Shown piece by piece: positions 1 to 9,616 of a DNA stretch of 64,000 nt. The notes under the pieces were generated by a model that was not told the origin of the DNA, did no database searches, and saw nothing but the letters and a program-made list of their open reading frames with translations. Origin of the DNA: an uncultured delta proteobacterium (GTDB lineage Bacteria > Desulfobacterota > Syntrophorhabdia > Syntrophorhabdales > WCHB1-27); assembly GCA_963810935.1 (NCBI GenBank), contig CAWEPK010000005.1, forward strand, positions 1 through 64,000, in the 5' to 3' direction. A program made the translations under genes and the position numbers. The stretch's first letter is position 1, and every line of letters starts with the position of its first letter.

Positions 1-33
1 TTCTCTGACGAGAAATGTTCCGTCCTCTGTCAT
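1..33 (-). CDS. 5' end of a gene running off the window (probably ftsA, by position only)
   Basis: ATG at 33 immediately after the ftsQ stop; reads MTEDGTFLVRE. ftsA normally follows ftsQ, but 11 codons are too few to confirm. Confidence 0.35.
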   Translation of the reverse strand, partial: MTEDGTFLVRE

Positions 34-34
34 G

Positions 35-736
35 TCACCCCTTCCTCTCTCTTATGATGGCGCCATTGTCGAAACGGGCATCTATGCACTTTATGAGCAG
101 CCCTCTCTTCTTGGCATCCTGAAGCACCGCCATGGCCCGCTTCAGACGGCCGGGCCTCTCTTCCTTGCCGAGTATGATCTCGACCCCGTCCGTCAGGCTG
201 TACAGGGTCACGTCTCCCTCGTTGTATACGACTTCCGAGAGGTCGTCTTTCTTTATGATGCCCTGCCTGGCCCAACCTGTGACCTGCCTGAATATCCCCC
301 TCGCGTCGGCTTCGTCTCTGGCATTGACGACGAAGAGGTCTTGCGTGCTTCCCTTTCGAAGCCCCCTGAACGGCACTCCCTCTTCATCGAGCATCTCTAT
401 TTCCCCGCCGGGCCCCACCCAGAGCGCCGAAGCCACCTTCTCCTTGACCTCGATCAGGATTGAAAAGGGGAAAATCCTTTTCACCCTGACGTCCCTGATG
501 AACGGATGGGACGTGATCGCTTCCTTCACCTTTCCCATGTCCGTCCGGAAAATACTGTCGTTCAGGAAGGGGTAGACCTTCGAGAGTATCTCCGATTCGG
601 CAAGCTGGTCGGCCCCCGTTATCTTAATGTGCTTCAAAAGAAAGACCGGCTCCGTGCGCGAGAAGAGGTACATCCCCGTGAGCACGGTTAAAAGGGACAT
701 CGACACCAGGAAAAGGACGTAGACGGTCCGTTTCAT
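35..736 (-). CDS. ftsQ: Cell division protein FtsQ/DivIB (POTRA domain)
   Basis: N-terminal TM helix, POTRA-like PFIRDVRVKRIFPFSILIEVKEK, C-terminal IDARF; follows ddl in dcw order. Confidence 0.9.
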   Translation of the reverse strand: MKRTVYVLFLVSMSLLTVLTGMYLFSRTEPVFLLKHIKITGADQLAESEILSKVYPFLNDSIFRTDMGKVKEAITSHPFIRDVRVKRIFPFSILIEVKEKVASALWVGPGGEIEMLDEEGVPFRGLRKGSTQDLFVVNARDEADARGIFRQVTGWARQGIIKKDDLSEVVYNEGDVTLYSLTDGVEIILGKEERPGRLKRAMAVLQDAKKRGLLIKCIDARFDNGAIIRERKG

Positions 737-1647
737 GCCTTCAGGTCCGCTCCTTTAAGTATCTCTTCGACGAGCTGGTCGAAGGTCTTCCCGAGGTGCG
801 CCCATGCCTTCGGAACGAGGGACGTCTCGGTCATGCCTGGAGAGGTATTGATATCGATGACGAGGGGCGTCTCCCTCTCTAACATCATATCGACCCTCGC
901 GCAGCCGGAAAGGTCGAACTGCTCCCAGACGGTCAATGCCTCTGTCCGCGCCTTTTCTTCTATATCCGCGTCGATATCGGCCGGGACGATATATTCTGTC
1001 ATGCCCTTCGTATATTTCGAGGCGTAGTCGTAGAAGCCCGATTTCGGCCTAACTTCCACTACAGGCAGCGGCAGGCCGTTGACTATGCCTACCGTTATCT
1101 CCCTGCCGATCACGTACTGCTCCAACAACAGTTTGTTGTCGTACTTGAAGGCCGTCTCTATCGCTTTTTGCTTTTGCTCGCGCTTCTTGACTATCGATAT
1201 ACCGACGGTCGAACCCTCGCGCGCAGGCTTCACGACGAAAGGCAGCCTGAAATCGGCCTCCTTCTCGGACCGGCATATCCGGTAAGCCGGGGTCGGGATT
1301 TCCAGGCTCATCAATAAGAGCTTTCCGAGGCACTTGTCCATTGCCAGCGCAGAGCCGAGCACGCCCGATCCCGTATAGGGGATGGCCATCATCTCAAGAA
1401 GGCCCTGGACCGTGCCGTCTTCGCCCCATCTGCCGTGGAGAGCGATGAAGGCAACATCGATCCGCTCCTTCTTCAAAAGGTCGGGCAGGTCTTTCCCCGC
1501 ATCGATGCCGACCACTGTGTAGCCGGACCTTACGAGGCTCGCGAGCACTGCCTGCCCGCTTTTAAGAGATATCTCGCGCTCGGAGGAACGCCCGCCCATG
1601 AGGACGCCTATGCGTTTCTTCTTGAGGTCTTTACGCGCCCCTGTCAA
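733..1647 (-). CDS. ddl: D-alanine--D-alanine ligase
   Basis: GGRSSEREISLKSG, ALHGRWGEDG, KPAREGS, YDYASKY and INTSPGMT motifs. TTG at 1647 is preferred (AAGGAAGG RBS); the ORF track gives GTG at 1653. Confidence 0.96.
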   Translation of the reverse strand: MTGARKDLKKKRIGVLMGGRSSEREISLKSGQAVLASLVRSGYTVVGIDAGKDLPDLLKKERIDVAFIALHGRWGEDGTVQGLLEMMAIPYTGSGVLGSALAMDKCLGKLLLMSLEIPTPAYRICRSEKEADFRLPFVVKPAREGSTVGISIVKKREQKQKAIETAFKYDNKLLLEQYVIGREITVGIVNGLPLPVVEVRPKSGFYDYASKYTKGMTEYIVPADIDADIEEKARTEALTVWEQFDLSGCARVDMMLERETPLVIDINTSPGMTETSLVPKAWAHLGKTFDQLVEEILKGADLKA

Positions 1648-1766
1648 ATGCACCTTCCTTTTGATGAGGGGGAGGCTCCACGGGCTTTGCTCGTGGAGGG
1701 GGCGACGCTAGCCCCAGTAATTGCGACGCCTATGCGCTTTTTCTTAAAGTCCTTATTTTTGGCCAT
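1644..1766 (-). other. 40-codon ORF duplicating the ddl N-terminus, interrupted by a short repeat element
   Basis: Reads MAKNKDFKKKRIGVAITGAS... versus ddl RKDLKKKRIGV; 1725-1754 matches 1603-1632 at 25/30 nt. Confidence 0.7.
1665..1724 (-). repeat. Short dispersed repeat (REP/MITE-like), copy 1
   Basis: GCAATTACTGGGGC...CCCCTCCACGAGCAAAGC matches 15699-15747 GCAATTACCGGGGC...CCCCTCCATGAGCAAAGC. Confidence 0.65.
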
Positions 1767-2655
1767 CAAATCCCCACAATTCCACTTCTTCCTCAAGGGC
1801 AACGCCCGTCGCCTCCGCCACACGCTTTTTCACTGTCTCAATGACCGACAGCACGTCGGACGCGGACGCCCCGCCCGTATTGACGATGAAATTCGGGTGC
1901 TTCGCCGATACACAGGCCCCGCCTGCAGCAAAACCCCGAAGGCCCGCCCGGTCGATATAGGTCCATGCAGGCCCGCCGCTGCCGTTTTTGAAAACGGAGC
2001 CTGCGGACGGCAGGTCCATGGGGTGCTTTTCGAGCCTCTGGCGCCATACGTAATCCATGTCGGCCTCGATGCCTGCCCGGTCGCGCGGCGCGAGTCTGAA
2101 CGTGGCCTCGACGATGCACTCTGTGTCCCCGATCGCGGACCGCCTGTAACCGAACCCCATCTCGCCGGCCTTCACCGTGCGTGACCTGCCTTTCTCATCG
2201 ACGCAGACCGCGTAAGCCAGGCAATCGGAAACTGCCGCCCCGAAACTCCCTGCGTTCATCCTGATCGCGCCGCCAACTGTCCCGGGTATGCCGTAGAGTT
2301 TTTCCAGACCCGAAAGCCCCCGTGCAGCGCACGCTGCGATAAGCTTTTTCAACGGCGCCCCGCCGCCTGCGTCGCAAAAAGCCCCATCGCCGGTAGTCCT
2401 GAAACGCAGGGCCTGCATCCGGGTTGTCCTGATTACTCCCATATCGACGCCGCGGTCCGCCACGATTACGTTGGTCCCATTACCGAGGAACCTGAAAGGC
2501 AGCTTCTGTTTCGAGAGCCAGCCTATGGCCTCTGCAACGCCACGTGCGTCCTCGGGGTAGAAAAGGTAAGGGGCAGGTCCGCCTACTTTCATCGACGTGT
2601 ACCTTTTCATGGGCGCGTTCGTCACCACTCGTCCTCTTATGCCTCGCGGCTCCAT
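1753..2655 (-). CDS. murB: UDP-N-acetylenolpyruvoylglucosamine reductase
   Basis: GNGTNV, GIPGTVGGAIRMNAG, PSAGSVFKN and KHPNFIVN motifs. Confidence 0.96.
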   Translation of the reverse strand: MEPRGIRGRVVTNAPMKRYTSMKVGGPAPYLFYPEDARGVAEAIGWLSKQKLPFRFLGNGTNVIVADRGVDMGVIRTTRMQALRFRTTGDGAFCDAGGGAPLKKLIAACAARGLSGLEKLYGIPGTVGGAIRMNAGSFGAAVSDCLAYAVCVDEKGRSRTVKAGEMGFGYRRSAIGDTECIVEATFRLAPRDRAGIEADMDYVWRQRLEKHPMDLPSAGSVFKNGSGGPAWTYIDRAGLRGFAAGGACVSAKHPNFIVNTGGASASDVLSVIETVKKRVAEATGVALEEEVELWGFDGQK

Positions 2656-4010
2656 ATCGCCGACAGCTCCTCTCCAACCTTATATATATCCCCGGCACCC
2701 AGCGTCACAACCATGTCGCCGGGCTTCGCAATCTTGCAAATATGGCTTACCATCTCCTCCCTGGTCGGGGCGAAGATCACGTTCGGGTGGCCGCCTGAGT
2801 GTATGCTGCCGGCCAGGGCTTCCCCGCACACGCCGTCTATCTTCTCCTCGGAGGCGGCGTATATCTCCGTTACCAGGAGAACGTCGGCGTCGTCGAAGGA
2901 CTTCACGAATTCCCCCAGGAGCGCTTTCGTCCTTGAATAACGGTGCGGCTGGAACGCAACTACGATCCTGCCCGGCCACATGGAGCGCAGCGCGCGCAGC
3001 GTCGCCTTTATCTCCGTCGGGTGGTGGCCGTAATCGTCCACGACCTTCACCGTACCGTCCCACTTAAGCTCCAGGCGGCGGTGTATGCCCGAGAACTGGC
3101 CGAGCGCCTCCGCCATCACGCCGAAGCCTATATCGAGCTCCATGCCTACCGCTATCGCCGCAAGGGCGTTCACGACATTGTGCACGCCCGGAGTCGCAAG
3201 GTTTACGTCTCCGAGCCGCTCGCCCTTGTAAAGCACGGTGAAGCGCGTGCTGAAACCGTTCTGGCGCAGGTCGACCGCCCGTAGCTCCGCCTTCTCCGAA
3301 AGGCCGTACGTCACGTACCTTCTCTTGAGCATAGGCATGAGGCTCGCAAGGTTCTCGCTGTCGATGCAGAGGATGACGAGGCCGAAGAAAGGCACCTTGT
3401 TCATAAAGGCGAGGAAGGCCTTCTTGATGTCTTCCATGTCCTTGTAAAAGTCGAGGTGCTCCATGTCCACGTTCGTGACGACTGCGATCGTGGGGAAAAG
3501 CATGAGGAACGTGCCGTCGCTCTCGTCCGCCTCTGCCACAAGGTACTGGCTTGAGCCGAGCTTTGCATTCGTCCCCAGGCTGTTAAGCCTCCCCCCTATC
3601 ACGCAGGTGGGGTCGAGGCCGGCGCCCCGGACCACGGAGGCGACCAGCGAAGTCGTGGTCGTCTTGCCGTGCGCCCCGGCGACGGCCACGCTGTACTTGA
3701 TCCTCATAAGCTCGGCGAGCATCTCAGCCCGCTGGATGACCGGAATGGCGCGCGCCTTCGCCTCCTGCACCTCCGGGTTGTCCGCCTTCACCGCCGACGA
3801 GGTGACGACGACGTGGGCGTCTTTGACGTTCTCTCCCCTGTGCCCGTAGTAAATGGTCGCACCGAGCTGCACGAGCCTGTCCGTGATATCCGTCTTGCGG
3901 AGGTCGGAGCCGCTCACCGTGAACCCGAGGTTGAGAAGCACTTCGGCTATGCCGCTCATGCCTATGCCGCCGATGCCGACGAAGTGAATGTTCTTAATCC
4001 TGTTAAACAC
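2637..4010 (-). CDS. murC: UDP-N-acetylmuramate--L-alanine ligase
   Basis: HFVGIGGIGMSG, GAHGKTTT, EADESD, DDYGHHPTE and FQPHRYSRT motifs. Confidence 0.98.
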   Translation of the reverse strand: MFNRIKNIHFVGIGGIGMSGIAEVLLNLGFTVSGSDLRKTDITDRLVQLGATIYYGHRGENVKDAHVVVTSSAVKADNPEVQEAKARAIPVIQRAEMLAELMRIKYSVAVAGAHGKTTTTSLVASVVRGAGLDPTCVIGGRLNSLGTNAKLGSSQYLVAEADESDGTFLMLFPTIAVVTNVDMEHLDFYKDMEDIKKAFLAFMNKVPFFGLVILCIDSENLASLMPMLKRRYVTYGLSEKAELRAVDLRQNGFSTRFTVLYKGERLGDVNLATPGVHNVVNALAAIAVGMELDIGFGVMAEALGQFSGIHRRLELKWDGTVKVVDDYGHHPTEIKATLRALRSMWPGRIVVAFQPHRYSRTKALLGEFVKSFDDADVLLVTEIYAASEEKIDGVCGEALAGSIHSGGHPNVIFAPTREEMVSHICKIAKPGDMVVTLGAGDIYKVGEELSAIWSREA

Positions 4011-5061
4011 CTGTCTGTATTCCTCGCATAATCTTTATTTCCGCGTCTTCGACGTAGATCGATCCGATGTTCTCGCCCATGCGGCTTATCTGCGCAGGGT
4101 CGTCCCGCAGCTTCCGGACGGCAGCGAGCAGGCTTTTCCCGGAGACCGCGCTGTTCTCAATGGTCAGGCCTCCCCCTATGGCCTCGACGTAGGCGGCGTT
4201 CTTCGACTGGTGGCCGCCCGCTGCATAAGGATAGGGCACAAAGACGGCAGGCCTCCTGAAGTACGACAGCTCGAAGATGGTCGACGCCCCCGCCCTCGAT
4301 ATGACGACGTCCGCGAGGTTGTAGTACTTCTCCATATGGTCCGTAAACGCAAAGACTTCATGGGCGGTCTTCGATGAAGCATAGCCCGCTGCCACGCGGT
4401 CGAAGTCGTCTGCGCCCGTCTGGTGATACAATGTCACGGCCCCGCCGTTTTCAAGATAGGGCAGCAGGTCGAGGACGCCTTCGTTGATCGTTCTCGCCCC
4501 GCGGCTCCCGCCGAAAACAAAGACCGTAAAAGCAGAAGCGCCTTTTTCCTGCCGCTTGCCGCGCATGATCTTCCTTATCGGGTTGCCCGTATGGACTATC
4601 TTCTTCCCCTTGAGGTGGCGGGCCGTCTCGGCAAAGCTGACAAAAACGGCCTTCACCCTCCCGGAGAGCAGCTTGTTGGCCATGCCCGGAGAGACGTTCT
4701 GCTCGTGGAGGAAGCATGGCACCCGCAGCAACAGGCCCGCCAGCACGACCGGCACGCACGTGAAGCCGCCCATGCCGAGGATCGCGTCCGGCTTTTCCGC
4801 CCTTATCAGCTGCAAAGACTGGAGCGTGCCGCGGATGACGGCGACGAGCGTGCCCAACTTCGCGGCCGGGCTCGTGCCCAAAAAAGGCTTTGCCTCTATC
4901 TTTGCGAGCCTGTAGCCTGCCTGCGGTATCAGCCTGTCCTCCATCCCGTAGGGCGTACCTGCGAAGACGACTTCGGACTTATCCGCGTCAAACGCCTCGG
5001 CCACCGATATGCCCGGAAAGATGTGACCGCCTGTCCCGCCCGCTGCTATCAAGACCTTCAT
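4003..5061 (-). CDS. murG: Lipid II GlcNAc transferase MurG
   Basis: AGGTGGHIFP, HEQN, GNPIR, GGSRGA and RAGAST motifs; start moved to ATG 5061 (MKVLIAAGG), which overlaps the upstream stop. Confidence 0.96.
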   Translation of the reverse strand: MKVLIAAGGTGGHIFPGISVAEAFDADKSEVVFAGTPYGMEDRLIPQAGYRLAKIEAKPFLGTSPAAKLGTLVAVIRGTLQSLQLIRAEKPDAILGMGGFTCVPVVLAGLLLRVPCFLHEQNVSPGMANKLLSGRVKAVFVSFAETARHLKGKKIVHTGNPIRKIMRGKRQEKGASAFTVFVFGGSRGARTINEGVLDLLPYLENGGAVTLYHQTGADDFDRVAAGYASSKTAHEVFAFTDHMEKYYNLADVVISRAGASTIFELSYFRRPAVFVPYPYAAGGHQSKNAAYVEAIGGGLTIENSAVSGKSLLAAVRKLRDDPAQISRMGENIGSIYVEDAEIKIMRGIQTGV

Positions 5062-5843
5062 CGGCGCTCTTTGCCTCCTTTCATCATCAGTCCCAGAAGG
5101 GGGCCGACGACGAGAAGACCGAGCATGGGCTGATGGACGAGGACGCCGTTCAGGCGGAAGCCGACAGACATAAGCAGGTCCACCGAGACGTAGATAAAGC
5201 CAAAGAAGGCGAGGACTGTGACCATGTCCGTCCTCTTCACGAACGCAATGAACGCGATGAGGAGGAGCGCCAGATCGCACGCAAAAAGCGCATAGCGCTG
5301 TGCGTCGAAGAACGGGACGGCCTTATGGAGCACCGGCGAGCCGGTCGCAACGAGGACGGCAACACAGGCTACGATATATCCGGCTACGAAAAGCGCGACC
5401 TTCATATGGTTTATGATAAATAGAAAAAGGAGCATGGAGACGGTAAATGGGAGCATAAGCTCGAAGTGCCCGGTTAAAAAGAGGTTGAGGGCGGACGCGC
5501 CGTAGAGCAGCGAAAGGCCCGTCACTTCTTTGTATATCTCCCTCTCCTTCTCTTCCGTCGTCACCAGAAAAAGGGCGATGCTGTAAAAGGCAAGGAACAT
5601 GGCCGCGGCCGCAATCCACCAGGAGGCGCGCAGGGCCGGATAGATGATGAGCAGGGGCGACAGCGCAAGGCAGAGCCCTACGATGGGATACTTGGAGGCG
5701 AGCACGTATCGGGACTGTAGCCGCGAGAGACCATAGGCGGAGGCCATGACAAGACACAGGGCGAGCATCGTCGTCGGCGTAGTCTCGCGAAAGATACAGA
5801 AGAAGAAAATGGACGCTAAGATGAGCACAATTATCTTCCTCAC
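5058..5843 (-). CDS. Polytopic membrane protein in the ftsW position (degenerate FtsW-like)
   Basis: About 261 aa, many TM helices, translationally coupled to murD and murG. The C-terminus only faintly resembles SEDS proteins and no LPxxSYGGSS is visible. Confidence 0.7.
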   Translation of the reverse strand: MRKIIVLILASIFFFCIFRETTPTTMLALCLVMASAYGLSRLQSRYVLASKYPIVGLCLALSPLLIIYPALRASWWIAAAAMFLAFYSIALFLVTTEEKEREIYKEVTGLSLLYGASALNLFLTGHFELMLPFTVSMLLFLFIINHMKVALFVAGYIVACVAVLVATGSPVLHKAVPFFDAQRYALFACDLALLLIAFIAFVKRTDMVTVLAFFGFIYVSVDLLMSVGFRLNGVLVHQPMLGLLVVGPLLGLMMKGGKERR

Positions 5844-7177
5844 AGGGCCTCCACTATCTGCCTGAACGCGTTGCCGCGCGCCTTGTAGCTCTCGAACATA
5901 TCGAAGCTGGAGCACATGGGCGAGAAAAGGACCGTGTCACCCTTGCCGGCAAGCGCCATCGCCCGCCGGACGGCCCGTTCCAGGCCGTCTTCCGGGTAGG
6001 TGGCGATATACGGGCCAAGCTCGGAGGCGATCCTCGGCCCGGCCTCCCCTATGAGCACGAGGCCTTTAAGGCGGTGCGCGAACGGTATGATGGGGGCGTA
6101 GCTCCCGCCCTTGTCCTTACCGCCCGCTATCAGGACGACATTTCCGTTCATGCCCTCCAGAGCCTTCCGTGCAGCATCCACGTTGGTTGCCTTCGAATCG
6201 TTGTAAAAACGGACGCCCCCGACCTCTCTCACGAACTCTACCCTGTGGGGGAGCCCCTTGAAACCGGCCAGCGTCTTTTCGATAGTCTCCGTGTCGATGC
6301 CGTACAGGCGGGCAATGAGGACGGCGCAAAGCAGGTTCTCCGTATTGTGGATGCCGACGAGAGGCGAGATATCCCTCCTGCACGAGAATTCGGCGCCGGC
6401 TGTCCTCACGCGCAGCGTCCCGCCGTCGAGGAAGGCGCCCTCTTCGAGCTTGGCGCGGGAAGAAAAATAATAACGCCTCGCTGCGAGCCGGCCTATGCCT
6501 TCGATCTCTCTGGAGACGACGGCTTGGTCGCCGTCCGTCTGGTTCTCGAAAATCCTCATTTTCGCCGCCGCATAGCCGGCGAAGGAGTCGTACCTGTCGA
6601 GGTGGTCCTCCGTGATATTGAGAAGGACCGCAGTATGCGGATGTAAGCTCTCGATAGTCTCAAGCTGGAAGCTGCTTATCTCCGCGATGACGACGCGTGC
6701 CTTGTGGCCGGAAAGCACATAGTTGGCCAGAGGGTCGCCTATGTTGCCGCCGACGAAGACGTCGGGCGAGACGGCTTCGAAAAGCCGGCCGAGGAGCGTT
6801 GTGGTCGTCGTCTTCCCGTTCGTGCCGGTAACGGCAATGATAGGGGCGTCGATGAACCACGATGCAAGCTCGACCTCGCCTACCACCTTCGATCCGTTCT
6901 GCCGCGCCTTTTGAAGCAGGGGATGGTCGTATGCCATGCCGGGGCTGATGACGATCAGCCCGTGGTCGAGGAAGTCCCGCTCGCCATGGCCGCCGAACCT
7001 CGCCTCGAAAGGGATGCCGTCGAGGGCAGCGATCGCGCCCGCAAGCTCGCCTTCCGGCCGCATGTCGGTGGCGGTCACTTTTTTGCCGAGGCCCGCCAGG
7101 AGCTTCACACACGAGATGCCGCTTGCCCCAAGGCCTGCTACCAAGACGCGATCCGGTATATGGAGGTCTTTCTTCAT
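5840..7177 (-). CDS. murD: UDP-N-acetylmuramoyl-L-alanine--D-glutamate ligase
   Basis: GLGASG, TGTNGKTTT, GGNIG, EISSFQLE, DHLDRY, NDSKATN and GGKDKG motifs. Confidence 0.98.
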   Translation of the reverse strand: MKKDLHIPDRVLVAGLGASGISCVKLLAGLGKKVTATDMRPEGELAGAIAALDGIPFEARFGGHGERDFLDHGLIVISPGMAYDHPLLQKARQNGSKVVGEVELASWFIDAPIIAVTGTNGKTTTTTLLGRLFEAVSPDVFVGGNIGDPLANYVLSGHKARVVIAEISSFQLETIESLHPHTAVLLNITEDHLDRYDSFAGYAAAKMRIFENQTDGDQAVVSREIEGIGRLAARRYYFSSRAKLEEGAFLDGGTLRVRTAGAEFSCRRDISPLVGIHNTENLLCAVLIARLYGIDTETIEKTLAGFKGLPHRVEFVREVGGVRFYNDSKATNVDAARKALEGMNGNVVLIAGGKDKGGSYAPIIPFAHRLKGLVLIGEAGPRIASELGPYIATYPEDGLERAVRRAMALAGKGDTVLFSPMCSSFDMFESYKARGNAFRQIVEAL

Positions 7178-7184
7178 CTCTCCT

Positions 7185-8261
7185 TTATCGCAGCTTCAGC
7201 GTGCTCATTGCTACGAGCCCCAGTATCACCGATATGATCCAGAAGCGGACCACGATCTTTTCTTCGTTCCATCCCTTCAGCTCGAAATGGTGATGGATCG
7301 GGGCCATGCGGAAAACCCGCTTGCCCCGCGTCTTGTAAGAGAGCACCTGGATGATGACGGAGAGGGCCTCGATTACGAATATGCCCCCGACGATCACCAG
7401 GAGGAACTCCTGTTTGATCATGACCGCAATCACGCCGAGGCCCGCCCCTAAAGAGAGCGAGCCCGTATCGCCCATGAACAGCTCGGCCGGGTATGCGTTG
7501 TACCAGAGGAACCCTATGCCCGCGCCGAGCATGGCGCCGCAGAGTATCGTAAGCTCGCCGGCCCCCTTCACGTAGAAGATCTGAAGGTACTGGGCGAATT
7601 TTACGTTGCCGACGAGGTACGCAAAAATAAGGAAGGTGGCGCAGACGGTCAGCACCGGCCCTATCGCCAGGCCGTCGAGCCCGTCCGTCAGGTTGACGGC
7701 GTTCGAACTGGCCACTATGATGAGCACGCAGACCGCAATATAAAAGATGCCGATATCCGGAGTGGCGTGCTTGAAAAACGGTATCGACAACTGGGTCAGG
7801 AATGTCCCCTTGGAATAGATGAGCGCGCTCGCCGCAAGTGCGCTTGCGCACTGGAGAATGAGCTTTGTCTTGCCCCTGAGTCCCTTCCCTTTGTCCCCCT
7901 TCAACTTGCTGAAGTCGTCGATGAAGCCTATGCCCCCGAAGAGCACGAGCGTCATCATGGCGATCCAGATGTACTGGTTACGCAGGTCGGCCCATAAAAG
8001 CGTAGGGATGATCGTCGAGATAAGGATGACGGACCCGCCCATCGTAGGGGTCGATTTCTTCGCCTCGTGCCGGTCGGGCACGTCTTCCCGTTTGCCGTTG
8101 TTGATCTTCCACAACTGGAATTTCTTTATTGCCCTCGGTGTAAGCAAAAAGCTTATGACGAGCGCGGTAAGCACAGCGAGCACGGTCCTGAACGTGATGT
8201 AGCGGAACACGTTGAAAACCGTAAGCCAACCGTGGATCGCAAAGAAAAGATGATAAAGCAT
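7185..8261 (-). CDS. mraY: Phospho-N-acetylmuramoyl-pentapeptide transferase
   Basis: TPTMGG, NAVNLTDGLDGL, FMGDTGS and MAPIHHHFE motifs. Confidence 0.98.
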   Translation of the reverse strand: MLYHLFFAIHGWLTVFNVFRYITFRTVLAVLTALVISFLLTPRAIKKFQLWKINNGKREDVPDRHEAKKSTPTMGGSVILISTIIPTLLWADLRNQYIWIAMMTLVLFGGIGFIDDFSKLKGDKGKGLRGKTKLILQCASALAASALIYSKGTFLTQLSIPFFKHATPDIGIFYIAVCVLIIVASSNAVNLTDGLDGLAIGPVLTVCATFLIFAYLVGNVKFAQYLQIFYVKGAGELTILCGAMLGAGIGFLWYNAYPAELFMGDTGSLSLGAGLGVIAVMIKQEFLLVIVGGIFVIEALSVIIQVLSYKTRGKRVFRMAPIHHHFELKGWNEEKIVVRFWIISVILGLVAMSTLKLR

Positions 8262-9616
8262 TAAACGAGCGCCTCCACTACCTCATCCAGGCCGAGCGCC
8301 CTCGACCCTTTTACCAACACTATATCGTCCGGCGCCAGTTTCCCCCGGACGAATTCCACCAGCTTCTTCTTGTCTTCAAAAACGGAAACATTGCCGTTAC
8401 CGGCTTCATCCGCCGCAGCCTTCATCGCCGGACCGAAAAGCAGGACCAGCGAGAGATTGCTTGCCCGCGCCAGGCGGCCGACACCGCGGTGATAGAGTTC
8501 CGCACCGTCGCCAAGCTCCCGCATGTCCCCGAGGATGGCTACCCTCTTGCCTGTGCAGGGGAGCGCGGCCAGCGTCTTTACGGCCCATTCCATCGAGGCG
8601 GGGTTTGCGTTATACGTATCGTCGACGATGACGTAGCCTGCACCCGATCTAACGGGTTTGAACCTGCCCTTGTAAGGCTCGAACCCTTCTATGGCGCGGC
8701 CGAGCGCGATTGCCGGAACGCCCATGAAAGAGGCGAGTGACGCAGCAGCGAGCACGTTGTACAGGTTGTGGCGGCCGAGCAGCCTGGTCGCCGACTCGAC
8801 CTTCTCGTTTTGCAGGTCGAGGACGATGTCTGCGCCGTCGAGGCCCCTGTCAGCCGATACTTTCAGGCTGAAATCGGCCGGCCCGTTGATGCCGAAGGTG
8901 TAAACCTTGCAGTCCGCCCTTCTGTATGCCGCAAGCGACGGGTCGTCCGCATTGACGAATATCGTCCCGCCGGCCATGGTAGTCCTGAAAAGATCGAGCT
9001 TCTCCGCGGCGACGCCCGCGAGGTCGGAAAGACCTTCGAGGTGCGAAGGGGCGACGTTCGTGATGAGTGAGATATTCGGCTCGACCATGCCGGTCAGCGT
9101 CCGTATTTCCCCCTTGTGGTTGGTACCCAGCTCGAAAATCGCGTAATCAGGCCGACCCTCTATGGCGAGCATCGTTTTGGCCACGCCGATCTGGTTGTTA
9201 TAGTTCTTCTCGTTTGCGACGACGTTGAAGGCGCCGCTCGCGATGCGGACGAGCAGCTCCTTGGTCGTCGTCTTGCCGTTGCTCCCCGTTATGGCGACGA
9301 AAGCGGATTCTATCCGCTTTCTCTTCCATGCGGCGAGGTCGAGGAGGGCCTGGTTTGTATCATCGACCATAATGATGGTGCCGCCGGCCCGCCCGCTCGC
9401 GTCGTGCCTGGACCTGTCGCACAGGGCGCCCGCGGCCCCGGCCGCAAACGCGGTCTCGATGAACCGGTGGCCGTCGAAGCTGGGGCCTTTGAGCGGGATG
9501 AAAAGCTCACCCGGCCTTATTGTCCTCGAATCTGTGGAGATCGCCGTGAACGAGCCGGCCGCAAGCCTGGCGACGCTTCCATTCACGCCCTGGACGACGT
9601 CGTTAACCTGCCACAC
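8261..9616 (-). CDS. murF: UDP-MurNAc-tripeptide--D-Ala-D-Ala ligase
   Basis: ITGSNGKTTTKE, NNQIGV, DDTYNANP, LGDMRELG and VKGSR motifs. Confidence 0.97.
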   Translation of the reverse strand: MWQVNDVVQGVNGSVARLAAGSFTAISTDSRTIRPGELFIPLKGPSFDGHRFIETAFAAGAAGALCDRSRHDASGRAGGTIIMVDDTNQALLDLAAWKRKRIESAFVAITGSNGKTTTKELLVRIASGAFNVVANEKNYNNQIGVAKTMLAIEGRPDYAIFELGTNHKGEIRTLTGMVEPNISLITNVAPSHLEGLSDLAGVAAEKLDLFRTTMAGGTIFVNADDPSLAAYRRADCKVYTFGINGPADFSLKVSADRGLDGADIVLDLQNEKVESATRLLGRHNLYNVLAAASLASFMGVPAIALGRAIEGFEPYKGRFKPVRSGAGYVIVDDTYNANPASMEWAVKTLAALPCTGKRVAILGDMRELGDGAELYHRGVGRLARASNLSLVLLFGPAMKAAADEAGNGNVSVFEDKKKLVEFVRGKLAPDDIVLVKGSRALGLDEVVEALV

